A stretch of DNA of 57,759 nucleotides from a virus. Taxonomy: Duplodnaviria; Caudoviricetes. A model generated the notes under the pieces. The model made no database searches. It was not told where the DNA came from and saw only the letters and a list, made by a program, of their open reading frames with translations. The DNA lies in IMG/VR virus record IMGVR_UViG_3300048930_001334, positions 1 through 57,759 of that record; one strand, written 5' to 3'. Positions 47,383-55,563 of the stretch are shown here, one piece after another. Each line of letters starts with the position of its first letter. Position 1 is the first letter of the stretch. A program made the translations under genes and the position numbers.

Positions 47383-47846
47383 GCCACGCCTCCGTGCTCA
47401 ATGCGGTGGCAGTTCGGGCAAATCACTTCACCATTACCGACCGTGTTCAACCCGCCATTGCTTCTCGGCTTGATGTGGTGGACATCGCAAAGCGCCTTGT
47501 CCCACCCGCATCGTTGGCATCTGTTGCCGTGTTGCCGACGTACTGCATTGGCCCAAGACTTCCTGCTTTTGAAAACCTGCTCGTTTCCATGAAGCTGGTA
47601 GGTGCGTCCGGCGTTCCACGCCTTCTTTGGCGCTGACGAAACAGCAGATCGCAAGCAGCCGCAGGACTGCGTTCCCTTCTTTTCACCAGACCTAAAGTTG
47701 TTGCTTTGAACTGCGCACTCGGTTCCGCAGTCGCAGGCACATTTCCAGAGGATGTGACCGTCTTTTGAGCGGCCGAATTGCTCCACAACAGTCAAACGAC
47801 CATACCGACGACCGGCGTGATTGATGGCATTTCCTTGCTTCATCAC
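47379..47846 (-). CDS. HNH endonuclease
   Basis: GRRYGRLTV...WKCACDCG...SCGC; CQRCG...VHHIKPRSNGG..N...ICPNCH. Confidence 0.85.
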   Translation of the reverse strand: MMKQGNAINHAGRRYGRLTVVEQFGRSKDGHILWKCACDCGTECAVQSNNFRSGEKKGTQSCGCLRSAVSSAPKKAWNAGRTYQLHGNEQVFKSRKSWANAVRRQHGNRCQRCGWDKALCDVHHIKPRSNGGLNTVGNGEVICPNCHRIEHGGVA

Positions 47847-48172
47847 GCCCCCTGCTTGTTCGACCGCATCGCCTGCGGAATCTCGCCATCCCGGCGCTTG
47901 GTGATCGTGATGTTGTTCTTGCGGCGCGGTGCCGTGCGCAGCAGGTAGGCGGCTTCACCCTTGGGACTGAGCACGCCCAGATCCAGCGTGGATTTCTCGC
48001 TGGTGTTGGTGATCTGCTTGCCGCGGGCAAAGTGCGGGTCTTGGGCAAAGATGCTGGGGAGCACCTTGCGCATGGCCAGTCGTTCCCATGGATTGGGGAC
48101 GCCTACCACAGTTGAGGGATTCACCTCGGGCACTGATGTGCCGATAGTGGGGGCATGGACACGTTTCGTCAT
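47843..48172 (-). CDS. Hypothetical protein
   Basis: 109 aa directly after cro; GGAGG SD. Confidence 0.55.
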   Translation of the reverse strand: MTKRVHAPTIGTSVPEVNPSTVVGVPNPWERLAMRKVLPSIFAQDPHFARGKQITNTSEKSTLDLGVLSPKGEAAYLLRTAPRRKNNITITKRRDGEIPQAMRSNKQGA

Positions 48173-48175
48173 GGC

Positions 48176-48436
48176 TCAGACCTCCACCTTGGACTTCTTG
48201 CCCTTGCTGGCCAGCTCGGGCCAGATGGCTTTCCAGTCGTCGGGGCGCAGCATCTGGCGCGTGACGGCGCCTTTGGTGGCCTGCTCAATGGCGACGCACT
48301 TTTCAATCGGAACAGGGCGCTCGCCCTTGCACCACTGATGGACGGTCGGCGGCTGCACGCCAAGGCTTTTCGCCAGGGCGCTCACCGATCCGACGTTTTT
48401 CGCCGCGTCCAAAACCGGCTGGAATTGCTTGTTCAT
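48176..48436 (-). CDS. cro: Cro-like repressor (YdaS-type HTH)
   Basis: GSVSALAKSLGVQPPTVHQW...IEQATKGAVTRQMLRPD; divergent from cI. Confidence 0.88.
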   Translation of the reverse strand: MNKQFQPVLDAAKNVGSVSALAKSLGVQPPTVHQWCKGERPVPIEKCVAIEQATKGAVTRQMLRPDDWKAIWPELASKGKKSKVEV

Positions 48437-48442
48437 GCGCTC

Positions 48443-48518
48443 ACTATAAGGCATTGCCTTACGGAAGGCAAGTCATTGCCTTACACGCGCGACGAATGGG
48501 AGACTAGGCAATGCTTAC
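48443..48518. promoter_or_regulatory. OR operators with PR and PRM
   Basis: TAAGGCATTGCCTTA (48447-48461) with variants at 48469-48483 and 48504-48518. Minus-strand TTGCCT-N17-TATAGT (48471-48443); plus-strand TTGCCT-N18-GAGACT (48476-48505). Confidence 0.8.
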
Positions 48519-49191
48519 TGGCAAAGAACTAGGCGAAGCCATCGCGCAGGCGCTGCAGCAAAACGACAAGACGCAAGCGGATGCGGCCCGCTTTTTCGGC
48601 GTGAAACCGCCATCCGTCACCGGCTGGATCAAGACGGGCCGAATATCCAAGGACAAGCTGGACAAACTGCGCGCATGGCTGGTGCTTACGCCAGATGAGC
48701 ATTGGGGGGCCAGTTCCTCGGCGGTGGCTGGGATAGCGCGTGTTTCCGGCCCGGCCTCCGATGTGGTCGAGGCCATGGCCAGCATGGGCGCTGTTCCACT
48801 GATCTCATGGGTGCAGGCCGGCGCCTGGGCGGATGTGGCCGACCCGTTTCAGCCCGGCATGGCCGACGAATGGCTGCCCTGCCCTGTTGCGCACGGTCCA
48901 CACACCTACGCGGTGCGCGTGCGCGGAGATTCCATGCACAACCCTGGCGGTCGGCCCAGCTACGCAGACGGAGACATCATCTTTGTAGACCCCAGCCGTG
49001 ACGCAAAGCATGGGGACCGCGTGATCGTGCGCCTGGACGACCACGCCGAAGCCACCTTCAAGCAACTGCTGATCGAGGACGGACGCAAGCTGCTCAAAGC
49101 CTTGAACCCCGAGTGGTCGCCGCGCTACATTCCGATCAACGGCAACGCCACCGTCTGCGGGGTTGTCATCGGCAAGTGGGTTCCTGAGTAG
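48511..49191 (+). CDS. cI: CI-like repressor (HTH + S24 peptidase)
   Basis: TQADAARFFGVKPPSVTGW; VPLISWVQAG; VRGDSM; ATFKQL. Confidence 0.93.
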   Translation: MLTGKELGEAIAQALQQNDKTQADAARFFGVKPPSVTGWIKTGRISKDKLDKLRAWLVLTPDEHWGASSSAVAGIARVSGPASDVVEAMASMGAVPLISWVQAGAWADVADPFQPGMADEWLPCPVAHGPHTYAVRVRGDSMHNPGGRPSYADGDIIFVDPSRDAKHGDRVIVRLDDHAEATFKQLLIEDGRKLLKALNPEWSPRYIPINGNATVCGVVIGKWVPE

Positions 49192-49200
49192 GAGAGCATC

Positions 49201-49476
49201 ATGAAAGCCATCGTCGCCGGCCTGCTGGCCTTTGCTTGTTCCGCTGCGTCTGCCAGCATGGACAACCCCATGGTTGCCGCACAGGAAGCTGGATCTGGCG
49301 GCTATGACCCATCATCCAGCGGGTCTGGCGGCGGAATTGCCATGCTCTTCGGCGCCATCGGTGCGGGCTGGTTCTGGTGGGGCGCGAAAGAAGACGCCAA
49401 CGCCATGACATCGGCCGCAGTCGGCGCAGTCATCGGCTCCATGGTCGGCTTTCTTGTTGCGCTGGCGCTACGCTGA
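49201..49476 (+). CDS. Small exported/membrane protein co-transcribed with cI
   Basis: Signal-peptide-like N-terminus (ASA), two C-terminal TM segments; AGGAG SD. Confidence 0.65.
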   Translation: MKAIVAGLLAFACSAASASMDNPMVAAQEAGSGGYDPSSSGSGGGIAMLFGAIGAGWFWWGAKEDANAMTSAAVGAVIGSMVGFLVALALR

Positions 49477-49484
49477 ACCCGCTC

Positions 49485-49514
49485 CGTTGACTCCGACTGT
49501 GACTTAGGCGTAAT
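49485..49514 (+). promoter_or_regulatory. Promoter of the same family as the late promoters
   Basis: CG-TTGACT-CCG, 16-bp spacer, AGG-CGTAAT (same -10 context as the terS promoter). Confidence 0.65.
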
Positions 49515-49557
49515 ACCGGTTGTCAATGTGCAGCCACACAGAGACAATCGCACCATC

Positions 49558-49635
49558 AGAGCCCTGAGGCTCATGCGTTTCACCCTTCGAGGGACAGTGT
49601 GGCTGCACTGGAAACGCATGGCCCTCAGGGCTTTT
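49558..49635 (+). ncRNA. C4/P4-CI-like structured antisense RNA candidate
   Basis: Long stem (49560-69/49623-32 and 49572-81/49611-20) closing two hairpins; 49597-49608 is the exact complement of upstream 49528-49539. Confidence 0.6.
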
Positions 49636-49927
49636 GCATTTCCGGTTGACCGCATTCACTGCGGCACGTCGGTGGGTGAATGCGGCAGAACCCTGCTACA
49701 CGAGCAAGCCAGAGCGGGGGCGGTGGGCCAAGGCCAGAGCCGGGCGGTAGCGGATAGAGCCTCGCACCATGTTGCGCCTCAACGTCCGTCAAGTCTGGCC
49801 AGCGTGATGCTGACGGCATGGCTCCGGGAAGCAAGCGAGTGCGGCACCGTTTTGTTACGGTAAAGGCCGCGCTCGCCTCAAACATCCACCCAGAAGCAAG
49901 TGAAGAAAGAAGGAAAGGCGGGAAGAG

Positions 49928-50272
49928 ATGAGAGTCAACCTGAAATGCCCCTTTTCCGAGAAAGACCAGGCAAAGGCCCTCGGCGCAAAGTGGGACGCAT
50001 CCGAGAAAACGTGGTTTGTGATCGACCCGCCAGACATGCGCCCGTTCATGCGCTGGCTCGGCGGCAAGTGGCATGACGCGCCGGCCCAGACCACCGAGGC
50101 GCGTACCGCAAAGAAGCAGCTCCGCAACGGACATAGGCCCGCCGGCCACAACAACGGTTTCGCCACCATTGGCCGAGGCTACGTCGAAGACCTTACCGAG
50201 TACCACGTACCGCCATGGGAAGACGTTGACGACTGGCAAGCCATCAAGGCGCTGCGCGAAGCCTGCGCGTAG
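49928..50272 (+). CDS. DUF5710-like domain protein
   Basis: LKCPFSEKDQAKALGAKWDASEKTWFV. Confidence 0.75.
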   Translation: MRVNLKCPFSEKDQAKALGAKWDASEKTWFVIDPPDMRPFMRWLGGKWHDAPAQTTEARTAKKQLRNGHRPAGHNNGFATIGRGYVEDLTEYHVPPWEDVDDWQAIKALREACA

Positions 50273-50319
50273 GGTCGTGAACACCCTCAACGCGGGAGTT
50301 CATTTAGCAACACACCATC

Positions 50320-50342
50320 GCCCGCCACGAGCGGGCTTTTTT
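50320..50342 (+). terminator. Rho-independent terminator
   Basis: GCCCGC-cacga-GCGGGC-TTTTTT. Confidence 0.85.
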
Positions 50343-50361
50343 GTTGCCGTTCGTCGGACAG

Positions 50362-50413
50362 TAAGGCATTGCCTTTCAAGGTGGTTGCCTTAGCTTAGGC
50401 ATTGCCTTACACT
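50362..50413 (+). promoter_or_regulatory. OL operators and PL promoter
   Basis: TAAGGCATTGCCTTT (50362-76), TTAGGCATTGCCTTA (50395-409) and a degenerate middle site; TTGCCT-N17-TACACT (50385-50413). Confidence 0.82.
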
Positions 50414-50432
50414 TCTTCCATCACCACCACAG

Positions 50433-50765
50433 ATGGAGAAGACAGTGAACATCGAAGCAACCAAGAACGGCAAGCCGGCACCTGCTGGCATCCGTTACGT
50501 GGACATGGAGCCGCGCATTCCGGTGCGGTTTGAGTTCACAGCAGACGGCCAGTTCATCCGCGCAACCCAGGCGCACATCGGCGGCGCCGATGACATGAGC
50601 GCCGTGCTGTGCCGCAAGCAGCTTGACGACATGCAGCGCATCGCTCAGAAGCGCATCCGTGTTGTTTCCGCCTACTACGCCGCCTGGAGCCACCCGCCAA
50701 AGGTCAACCAGTTCAGCGTGAACGTGGACGACTTGAAGATCCGCGGCGGGGGGTATGCGCGATGA
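50433..50765 (+). CDS. Hypothetical early protein
   Basis: First ORF after PL; start may be GTG 50445 (GGAG upstream). Confidence 0.6.
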   Translation: MEKTVNIEATKNGKPAPAGIRYVDMEPRIPVRFEFTADGQFIRATQAHIGGADDMSAVLCRKQLDDMQRIAQKRIRVVSAYYAAWSHPPKVNQFSVNVDDLKIRGGGYAR

Positions 50766-50965
50766 GCCAGAACCACGCAACTGGCCGAATCCCGGCCGCC
50801 CTGGCGCAAGCCCTTGCGCCGTTCGCACCTCCGCAAAGCAGCGTTCATGAAGACGCGGCCATCCGTGCGGATCTGGCCTACAACGACCTCAAGAACAGCG
50901 GCGAACTGCGCCGCCGTGAAGACGCCCGCGCGCTGGCCGATCAAGTGCAGTGGGGTGTGCAATGA
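50762..50965 (+). CDS. Hypothetical early protein
   Basis: 67 aa, ATGA overlaps at both ends. Confidence 0.6.
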   Translation: MSQNHATGRIPAALAQALAPFAPPQSSVHEDAAIRADLAYNDLKNSGELRRREDARALADQVQWGVQ

Positions 50966-51210
50966 GCGCCGCCCGCAGCCTCTTCGCGCCCATCGTTGAC
51001 GGCGCCATGTACTGCGTCATCCGCATGGCGCAGGCCCTGATGGAAGACGACGCCCGCCCGGCCAAGCCGCTCAAGGCCAAGCCGCTGCCGGATCTGGAGC
51101 ACCGCGAGGCCGGTAGCTGGTTTTCAGGATGGTGGCACGGCATCTGTGTCGGCGCTGTCATCGGTGCCGGCCTCATGGCTGTGATTCTTCCTGTGATGGG
51201 GGTTGAATGA
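50962..51210 (+). CDS. Hypothetical protein with C-terminal TM
   Basis: ATG 50962 overlap; hydrophobic C-terminus. Confidence 0.6.
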   Translation: MSAARSLFAPIVDGAMYCVIRMAQALMEDDARPAKPLKAKPLPDLEHREAGSWFSGWWHGICVGAVIGAGLMAVILPVMGVE

Positions 51211-51557
51211 AGCTGCCACTCAAGCGCCGCAAAGACACACGCTTCGGCATCGCATGGAAGGAGGCCAGCCCGTTCATCGAGAACTCGCGGGCCGTCCTGA
51301 TCCACCGCCCGCGCTACGTCACCACCCACAAGATCGGCGAGAAGTGGAAAGCCCACATCGCCGTCGAATGCTGGTGCGGCAACACCTTCACCGGAACCAA
51401 GAAGTTCACCTTCTTGGATGCCCCGCCAGACAACAAGTTGCTGTGCGCTCGGTGCGAAACGCGAGCCGTCGAAAGTGGCCTACCAACTGCCTACGAACTG
51501 GCAGGCCGACACGTACACCTTGGGCGACTTGTGCCCCAACAACTCTGCTGCAACTGA
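51207..51557 (+). CDS. Hypothetical Cys/His-rich protein
   Basis: CWCGN...LCARC; ATGA overlap. Confidence 0.6.
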   Translation: MKLPLKRRKDTRFGIAWKEASPFIENSRAVLIHRPRYVTTHKIGEKWKAHIAVECWCGNTFTGTKKFTFLDAPPDNKLLCARCETRAVESGLPTAYELAGRHVHLGRLVPQQLCCN

Positions 51558-51567
51558 TGGAGTCCGC

Positions 51568-51654
51568 ATGACCCTAGCCCGCACCTTTCCCGCATCCATT
51601 GCCCTGGCAGTGGTCTACGTCATCTCCTTCATCGCCATCTACATCGTTCTCTGA
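51568..51654 (+). CDS. Putative 28-aa single-TM peptide
   Basis: GGAG SD; MTLARTFPASIALAVVYVISFIAIYIVL. Confidence 0.45.
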   Translation: MTLARTFPASIALAVVYVISFIAIYIVL

Positions 51655-51655
51655 C

Positions 51656-51880
51656 ATGAGCCTCACCACACAAGAAACCGCAGAAGTCCTCGCAGGGTTT
51701 GACATGGCCATGGTTGCCGCGCTGCCCCAGAAGCCGGCCACCGATGCGCCGCCCGCAAATTCGCTGATCCGCCTGATCGCATCGGCCTACGGAGTGGATG
51801 ACGAAATCGCGTGCCAGTGGCTGTGCGCCCGTCAAGACGACTTCGAGGCTTGGATTCCCCCGCTGGGCGCTGTCGCCTGA
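51656..51880 (+). CDS. Hypothetical protein
   Basis: 74 aa starting 1 nt after the previous stop. Confidence 0.55.
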   Translation: MSLTTQETAEVLAGFDMAMVAALPQKPATDAPPANSLIRLIASAYGVDDEIACQWLCARQDDFEAWIPPLGAVA

Positions 51881-51910
51881 GCACATCAACAACCAGACAA
51901 GGAATACATC

Positions 51911-52003
51911 GTGAGCACTGCACTGAAAGCCGCATGGCGAGAGTTCTGGCGTGTTCTGCGCCGCCAGCGGCGAACGAAGCACATCCCTGATCCGCTCGCC
52001 TGA
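51911..52003 (+). CDS. Putative 30-aa basic peptide
   Basis: AAGGA SD, GTG start, STALKAAWREFWRVLRRQRRTKHIPDPLA. Confidence 0.4.
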   Translation: MSTALKAAWREFWRVLRRQRRTKHIPDPLA

Positions 52004-52048
52004 TTCACAACCACAGCACACCAGCACAACCAACACAGAAAGCACACC

Positions 52049-52699
52049 ATGAGCATCGCAACACTGATCCTCGGCAGCAGCGGTTCCGGCAAGTCCACCA
52101 GCCTGCGCAATCTCGACCCGGCCAAGACCTTCCTGATCCAGTGCATCAAGAAGCCGCTCCCGTTCAAGGCGGCTGGCTGGAAACAGCGCCTGAACATGAA
52201 GACGCCGGGGAACGTCTACCAGACCAGTGACCCGGTGGAAATCGAGAAGCTGATGCGCAGCAGCCCGCACGAGGTTTTCGTCATTGACGACTATCAGGCT
52301 GTCATGGTCAGCGAGCTGATGAACCGATCCAGCGAGAAGGGCTACGACAAATTCACAGACATCGGCCGCCACGCTTGGGACATCTTCAACGCAGCCGGTG
52401 CGCTGGACGAAAAGCGCCGCGTCTACATCCTGGCACACACCAACACCGACGAGTTCGGGAACGTCCGCATGAAGACGGTCGGGAAGCTGGTGGATCAGCA
52501 CATCGTGCCGGAAGGATTTTTCACCATCGTGCTGCGCACTGATGTCGTCAACGGCCAGTACACGTTCCGCACCCAGACCAACGGGCAAGACTGCTGCAAG
52601 TCGCCCATCGGCATGTTCCCTGACCTTGCCATCCCCAACGACATCGCAGAGGTTGACCGCGCCATCTGCGAGTTCTACGACCTGACCCAAGCGGCATAA
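52049..52699 (+). CDS. AAA ATPase, Sak4-like recombinase
   Basis: GSSGSGKST Walker A, VIDD Walker B, YILAH; paired with an SSB-like gene. Confidence 0.8.
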   Translation: MSIATLILGSSGSGKSTSLRNLDPAKTFLIQCIKKPLPFKAAGWKQRLNMKTPGNVYQTSDPVEIEKLMRSSPHEVFVIDDYQAVMVSELMNRSSEKGYDKFTDIGRHAWDIFNAAGALDEKRRVYILAHTNTDEFGNVRMKTVGKLVDQHIVPEGFFTIVLRTDVVNGQYTFRTQTNGQDCCKSPIGMFPDLAIPNDIAEVDRAICEFYDLTQAA

Positions 52700-52724
52700 C
52701 CACACCACCACAAGGAAACACACC

Positions 52725-53342
52725 ATGTACGCACTCGACACCACCGCCGCCAAAAAGGCCGATCAAACCGGCTCGCGCATCAACGAACTCGGCAAGTACG
52801 TCGGCCAGTTCAAGCAGGCCGAAGACATCACCGCCAGCACCGGCACGAAAGGTATTGCCCTGCGCTTTGAAGCCAACGGCCAGACCGCCGACCTGTCGAT
52901 CTACACCCAGCGCGCCAACGGCGAGCAGATCATGGGCTATCAGGCACTCATGGCCATCATGACCTGCCTGCAACTGCGCAACATCGCCCCCAAGCCCGGC
53001 ATGGTCAAGCATTGGGACAACGACGCGCGGCAGGAAGTCGAGAAGCAGGCCCAGGTGTTCCCGGACCTGTGCGGCAAGGAAATTGGCCTGCTGCTGGAAA
53101 CCGAGGACTACACCAAGAAAGACGGCGGAATCGGCACGCGCATGGTCATCGCCGGGATCTTCCAGGCCAAGACCGAGTTGACGGCTTCGGAGATTCTGGA
53201 CCGCAAGACAACGCCCGAGCATCTGGCAAAGATGGTTGCCCGCCTGCGTCACCGTCCTGTCAAGGGCGAAGCCGCTCCGGCCCGCCGCGAGTCGTCATCG
53301 GCTCCCAGCGGGTTCGACATGGATGAAGAAATCCCGTTCTGA
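52725..53342 (+). CDS. Putative single-stranded DNA-binding protein
   Basis: Acidic tail DMDEEIPF; follows the Sak4-like ATPase. Confidence 0.65.
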   Translation: MYALDTTAAKKADQTGSRINELGKYVGQFKQAEDITASTGTKGIALRFEANGQTADLSIYTQRANGEQIMGYQALMAIMTCLQLRNIAPKPGMVKHWDNDARQEVEKQAQVFPDLCGKEIGLLLETEDYTKKDGGIGTRMVIAGIFQAKTELTASEILDRKTTPEHLAKMVARLRHRPVKGEAAPARRESSSAPSGFDMDEEIPF

Positions 53343-53350
53343 GGTGACAA

Positions 53351-54034
53351 ATGCAAACCCTGTTCATCGATATCGAAACCATCCCGACCGACCGTGATGA
53401 CGTGCGCGAGTACGTCGCCGCCAAGATCACGCCACCCGGCAACATCAGCAAGGCCGAAACCATCGCCAAGTGGGAAGCTGAGAGCAAGCCTGCAGCGATT
53501 GAAGAGGCGGTGCACAAGACCAGCCTTGACGGCGCATTTGGTCGCGTGTGCGTGATCTGCTGGGCGCTGGATGATGGCCCGATCCGCACTGTCAAGAGCG
53601 CACAAGACGAAGCCGGTCTATTGGAGACGTTCGCCGACTGGCTGCGCTTGGATGTGAAGTCCACCGACCTGTTTGAAACCGCCGTGTGCGGCCACAACGT
53701 CAGCGGCTTTGATCTGCGTTTTCTGGCGCAGCGCTTCACCGTGCACGGCATCAGACCGCCAGCCATCATCGGACGCGCCGCCAGTGCCAAGCCTTGGGAA
53801 TCCGACAAGGTGTTTGACACGATGGTTCAGTGGGCAGGCGTTGGCAATCGCGTGAGCCTGGAGAAGCTGTGCCTTGCCTTGGGCATCGAATCGCCGAAGA
53901 ACGATCTTGACGGCTCCAAGGTTGCCGCTGCTGTTGCTGCTGGCCGCCTGGATGACGTGGCGACGTACTGCGCTGGTGACGTTGAAGCCGTGCGCAAGGT
54001 GTTCAACCGGCTGACGTTTGCGGTGGCCGCATGA
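53351..54034 (+). CDS. 3'-5' exonuclease (DEDDy, PolB/DnaQ-like)
   Basis: IDIET, GHNVSGFDL, YCAGDV. Confidence 0.85.
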   Translation: MQTLFIDIETIPTDRDDVREYVAAKITPPGNISKAETIAKWEAESKPAAIEEAVHKTSLDGAFGRVCVICWALDDGPIRTVKSAQDEAGLLETFADWLRLDVKSTDLFETAVCGHNVSGFDLRFLAQRFTVHGIRPPAIIGRAASAKPWESDKVFDTMVQWAGVGNRVSLEKLCLALGIESPKNDLDGSKVAAAVAAGRLDDVATYCAGDVEAVRKVFNRLTFAVAA

Positions 54035-54159
54035 GTCGCATGTCTGAACGCTGGCGCGAGCAACAAGACCGCCAAGAGCAAGGGCCGAATGAAGCCATCT
54101 GCGCCGCCATCAGCGCCCACGTCCTGGCTGCGCCTGTCAAGGCACTGGAGGCGGCGTAA
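54031..54159 (+). CDS. Putative 42-aa peptide
   Basis: ATGA overlap with the exonuclease stop; MSRMSERWREQQ...LEAA. Confidence 0.4.
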   Translation: MSRMSERWREQQDRQEQGPNEAICAAISAHVLAAPVKALEAA

Positions 54160-54194
54160 CTCACGCGGGGCCATCCAATCCTTTCACCTTTGAC

Positions 54195-54319
54195 TGGCCC
54201 ACAAGGGAACCAGCCGACTCTGCAAGCCCACCGCGTCCCGCCCGATTGAATTGCGCGGTGGAGCTTGTCAACCAGTGGATGGCCGCAAGCATAGAGCTGG
54301 AAAGAGTCGGAACGGGCCA
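54195..54319 (+). ncRNA. Candidate multi-branched structured RNA
   Basis: Four nested complementary segments and a C-GCAA-G tetraloop in the intergenic region before rdgC. Confidence 0.45.
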
Positions 54320-54346
54320 CACGAATAACCCAACACACACACCACC

Positions 54347-55258
54347 ATGTTCAAGACCCTCAACATCTTCCGCATCACCTCCGGCTGGAATCAGGAGCCC
54401 GACACCGGAACCATGGACGACATGGCCGACGCCATGCCCTTCACGCCCTGCACCGCCACGCAAGACAAGTCCGTGGGCTGGGTTCCGCCGCGTGGTGAAA
54501 ACCACGGCGCCCTGGTCGAGTCCATCAACGGCCACAGCATCATGAAGCTGATGATCGAAACCAAGTCGGTCCCCAGCGCCACGGTCAAGAAGAAGGCCCA
54601 GGAAGCGGCCGACCACATCGAAGCCACTACCGGCCGCAAGCCCGGCAAGAAGGAAATGAAGGAACTGCGCGAGGACGCGCTGACCGCCCTGCTGCCCCAG
54701 GCTTTCCCCAAGCAGACCGCCGTGCTGGTGTGGTTCGACTTCGCCGCTGGCCTGCTGATGACCGACGCCAGCAGCCAGGGCAAGAGCGATGAAGTCATCA
54801 CCGCCCTGGTGCGGACCTTCGACGGCCTGGCGCTGGCCTACGTGCAGACCAAGACCGCACCGCAAGCCGCGATGACCGAATGGCTGGTGGCCACCGACAC
54901 CGAATACGAATGGCCCGAAGGATTCGCCATCGAACGCGCCTGCGAACTGCGCAGCGCCGACGAAGAGAAGTCGGTGGTCAAGTTCAACCGCCACAACCTG
55001 CAGAACGATGTCGTGCGCCGCCACATCAGCGAAGGCAAGCTGCCCAAGTGGGCCGCTATGAGCTGGGAGGGCCGCATCGGCTTCGTGCTGACCGACACCA
55101 TGCAGCTCAAGAAGATCGAGTATCTGGAGGGCGTGTTTGAAGACCGCGCAGACGACGAAGAAAGCGGCTTCGACGCCGACGTGGCGCTGGCCACCGGTGA
55201 ACTGCGCAAGCTGATTCCTGCGCTGGTCGATGCCCTGGGCGGCGAGGTGGTGGCATGA
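54347..55258 (+). CDS. rdgC: Recombination-associated protein RdgC
   Basis: MFKTLNIFR...GWVPPRG...LLPQAF...FDADVAL.TGEL..LI..LVDALGGE. Confidence 0.93.
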   Translation: MFKTLNIFRITSGWNQEPDTGTMDDMADAMPFTPCTATQDKSVGWVPPRGENHGALVESINGHSIMKLMIETKSVPSATVKKKAQEAADHIEATTGRKPGKKEMKELREDALTALLPQAFPKQTAVLVWFDFAAGLLMTDASSQGKSDEVITALVRTFDGLALAYVQTKTAPQAAMTEWLVATDTEYEWPEGFAIERACELRSADEEKSVVKFNRHNLQNDVVRRHISEGKLPKWAAMSWEGRIGFVLTDTMQLKKIEYLEGVFEDRADDEESGFDADVALATGELRKLIPALVDALGGEVVA

Positions 55259-55563
55259 ATATCGAGGAACTGAAACTGGTCCTGTCAACCATCAACCAAG
55301 TGTCATCCGACGCCAGCAATGCGGCGATTGTCTGGATGGGTTTGCACTATGGGCTGGACTTCTTGGAAACGGTCGGCATTACGTTGGCTATTGCATGGAC
55401 CGTTGTTACCGGAATCCGCTCCGTTGCTGCAGCCAGCGAATGGGCCGAAATCGGCCGGCGCGTTGTCCGTTCACACGGCGGGCGTGGCGGGTACATGGTT
55501 TTCGATGAAGACCACAAAGCCGCTGAACGCGCCATGAAAAAAGACGAAAGGAAATCAGCATGA
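55255..55563 (+). CDS. Hypothetical membrane protein
   Basis: 102 aa, ATGA overlap, hydrophobic centre. Confidence 0.6.
   Translation: MNIEELKLVLSTINQVSSDASNAAIVWMGLHYGLDFLETVGITLAIAWTVVTGIRSVAAASEWAEIGRRVVRSHGGRGGYMVFDEDHKAAERAMKKDERKSA

Noticed and set aside
49528-49863. 111-aa ORF over the C4-like RNA
   Set aside because: No SD or protein motif and the region is explained by RNA pairing; a leader-peptide role is not excluded.
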